From a virus (taxonomy: Duplodnaviria > Caudoviricetes): 45,531 nt of DNA. Each line of letters starts with the position of its first letter. Position 1 is the stretch's first letter. The DNA lies in the IMG/VR virus record IMGVR_UViG_3300043394_000478, positions 1 to 45,531 of that record; one strand, given 5' to 3'. Below, one piece after another: positions 44,020-45,531 of this stretch. The notes beneath the pieces are model-generated. The model searched no databases and was not told where the DNA came from. It worked only from the letters and a program-made list of their open reading frames with translations. A program made the position numbers and the translations under genes.

Positions 44020-44309
44020 CCTACGCACGCAACAACAAGCGCCGCAAGCGCAAGGCGGCACGCAAGATGGCGAAGTGGATGCCGCGTTGGGTGCAATGGA
44101 TTCCTATTGGTGGGGAGAGCATTCCGTGGCTGAAGATGGCCGGCGCGGTACCCGTGGAAGTCCACGAGTGCTGCTGGCAGTGGAGACCCGTGACCACAGA
44201 CACGGCGTTCGCTCCGCCGTTCGGGACGATCCGACAGTGCCAAGGCTGCGGCTGCCTGGTGGTAGGTGGCCCAACGGCGTGCGTGCGCTGCGCGGAAGCG
44301 GGGACCTGA
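44016..44309 (+). CDS. Basic, Cys-rich putative zinc-binding protein
   Basis: KRRKRK N-terminus; CQGC...CVRC. Confidence 0.6.
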   Translation: MTYARNNKRRKRKAARKMAKWMPRWVQWIPIGGESIPWLKMAGAVPVEVHECCWQWRPVTTDTAFAPPFGTIRQCQGCGCLVVGGPTACVRCAEAGT

Positions 44310-44599
44310 TGGGCGCAGCAGCGTACAACCGAGGCTCGCGGCGCGTGTCCATGGAGGCGGACGAGCGCATGCCGGTGGCCCTGTCCAGAGCAGCCCAGCA
44401 GGCCCACAAGGACGAGGTCGCTCTGCTGCGTGAGCAGATCGCCACGCTGAATCGTGACCTGCGCCGCGCGCGGCGGTGTCTCAACTCAGAGCGCGCCGGA
44501 AGGGAGGCTCTCCGTGTGCGACTTGCTCACGAGGAGAGAGCAAACGCCTTCAGCGTTGGCATCCTGTGCAGGCTCGCGTTTCCTGGAGACGAATCATGA
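44309..44599 (+). CDS. Coiled-coil hypothetical protein
   Basis: TGATG and ATGA coupling. Confidence 0.6.
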   Translation: MGAAAYNRGSRRVSMEADERMPVALSRAAQQAHKDEVALLREQIATLNRDLRRARRCLNSERAGREALRVRLAHEERANAFSVGILCRLAFPGDES

Positions 44600-45531
44600 G
44601 TTCGTGCAGAGCAACGAATGCGAAGAGGAACGCCCCGGCGTCCGAGCCGCCGCGCCCCCCGACTCGTAAGTCGGTGACGGCAGGAGGGGAACTGAAGGAC
44701 ACGCCAGCCAACAGAGCCCTTCGGCCGGTGGTGACGCCGTCGACGCTGTTCGAGGCCCGAAGCTTCACCAAGTCGTCCTTCTACCACGACAAGCAGTCGG
44801 TCGTCTTCCAGGGCGACGTGCGCGCGCAGCTTCGTCACATCGCCGCGTCGGGCGTGAAGGTTGACTGCATCGTGACCTCGCCGCCGTACTACGGGCAGCG
44901 GGACTACGCTGTCGACGGTCAGATTGGTCTCGAGGAGCACCCTCAGCAGTTCCTCGACAATCTCCTCGAGACCTTTCAGCTCTGCTGGGACGTCCTGAGC
45001 GACACCGGCAGCCTGTGGGTCAATCTCGGCGATACGTACTGGAGCGGCAAAGGCGCCCCCAAGAGTTCCGAGGCCAAGCAGTCTGCGCGACGGTTCGGCA
45101 TCCGCCCCCAGGATCGGCCGGGAGACGGCAAGTGGGCTCGGCCGAAGCAGCTACTGCTCATCCCGCATAGGTTCGCAATCGCGATGCAAGACGCGGGCTG
45201 GCTCGTTCGCAACGACAACGTTTGGATCAAGCCGAACCCGGTTCCCGACCAGGTACGTGACCGCTGTTCGATCTCGCACGAGTACGTCTTCCACTTCACC
45301 AAGGCTCGTTGGTACTACTTCAACAATGAGGCAGTGAGCCGCGCGACGCCCGGCGGCAGCGACCTGCCCCCGCTCGACACCTGGGTAGTGCCTCCGTCTC
45401 GAGGCAATGGCACACACAAGGCGTCCTTCTCGGAAGAGCTTGTTCGCATTCCGATTTTGGCAACGACTCCTCCCGGAGGCATTATGCTCGACCCCTTCAA
45501 TGGGAGCGGCACCTCAATGATCTTCGCTGCG
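44596..45531 (+). CDS. DNA methyltransferase, beta class, SPPY type (probably N4-cytosine); continues across the join to 238 (348 aa)
   Basis: My translation: CIVTSPPYYGQRDY, LWVNLGDTY, WIKPNP, HEYVFHF, HKASF, DPFNGSGT; absent from the ORF track because it runs off the end. Confidence 0.9.
   Translation, partial: MSSCRATNAKRNAPASEPPRPPTRKSVTAGGELKDTPANRALRPVVTPSTLFEARSFTKSSFYHDKQSVVFQGDVRAQLRHIAASGVKVDCIVTSPPYYGQRDYAVDGQIGLEEHPQQFLDNLLETFQLCWDVLSDTGSLWVNLGDTYWSGKGAPKSSEAKQSARRFGIRPQDRPGDGKWARPKQLLLIPHRFAIAMQDAGWLVRNDNVWIKPNPVPDQVRDRCSISHEYVFHFTKARWYYFNNEAVSRATPGGSDLPPLDTWVVPPSRGNGTHKASFSEELVRIPILATTPPGGIMLDPFNGSGTSMIFAA
45405..45531 (+). repeat. Terminal overlap, copy 2
   Basis: Identical to 1-127. 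Confidence 0.95.

Larger units (their letters stand above)
1..45531. mobile_element. Complete circularly assembled contractile-tailed bacteriophage genome (unit length 45,404 bp)
   Basis: Full set of packaging, head, contractile tail, baseplate, lysis and replication genes; identical 127 bp at both ends; an ORF reads through the join. Confidence 0.95.

Noticed and set aside
45405-45531. 127-bp end repeat as a biological direct terminal repeat
   Set aside because: It falls inside a gene that reads through the join, and 127 is a common assembler k-mer length, so it is best explained as circular overlap

Overview
The window is a complete, circularly assembled ~45.4 kb high-GC tailed phage genome: bases 1-127 equal 45405-45531, giving a unit length of 45,404 bp. 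The tail is contractile (myovirus-like). The minus strand (1473-29839) carries TerS, two inserted genes, TerL, portal, minor head protein, prohead protease, cement, major capsid, neck, sheath, tube, a chaperone with a -1 frameshift, a short tape measure, baseplate, a large fibre/appendage module and lysis genes. A primase-VapE helicase (minus) is followed by a mirror-symmetric GATC-iteron array, the probable origin. A divergent control region at 32465-32860 contains a near-consensus sigma54 promoter with upstream tandem repeats. The plus-strand early arm (32861 across the join to 238) encodes a SleB-like secreted protein, MazG-like protein, PD-(D/E)XK nuclease, SF2 helicase, SSB-like protein, family A polymerase, RuvC-like resolvase and two amino-methyltransferases. 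A convergent C5 methyltransferase lacks its N-terminal SAM-binding motif. No integrase, partition system, tRNA or CRISPR array was recognised. Family assignments come from recalled motifs and gene order, not database searches. A diderm, possibly myxobacterial, host is inference only.
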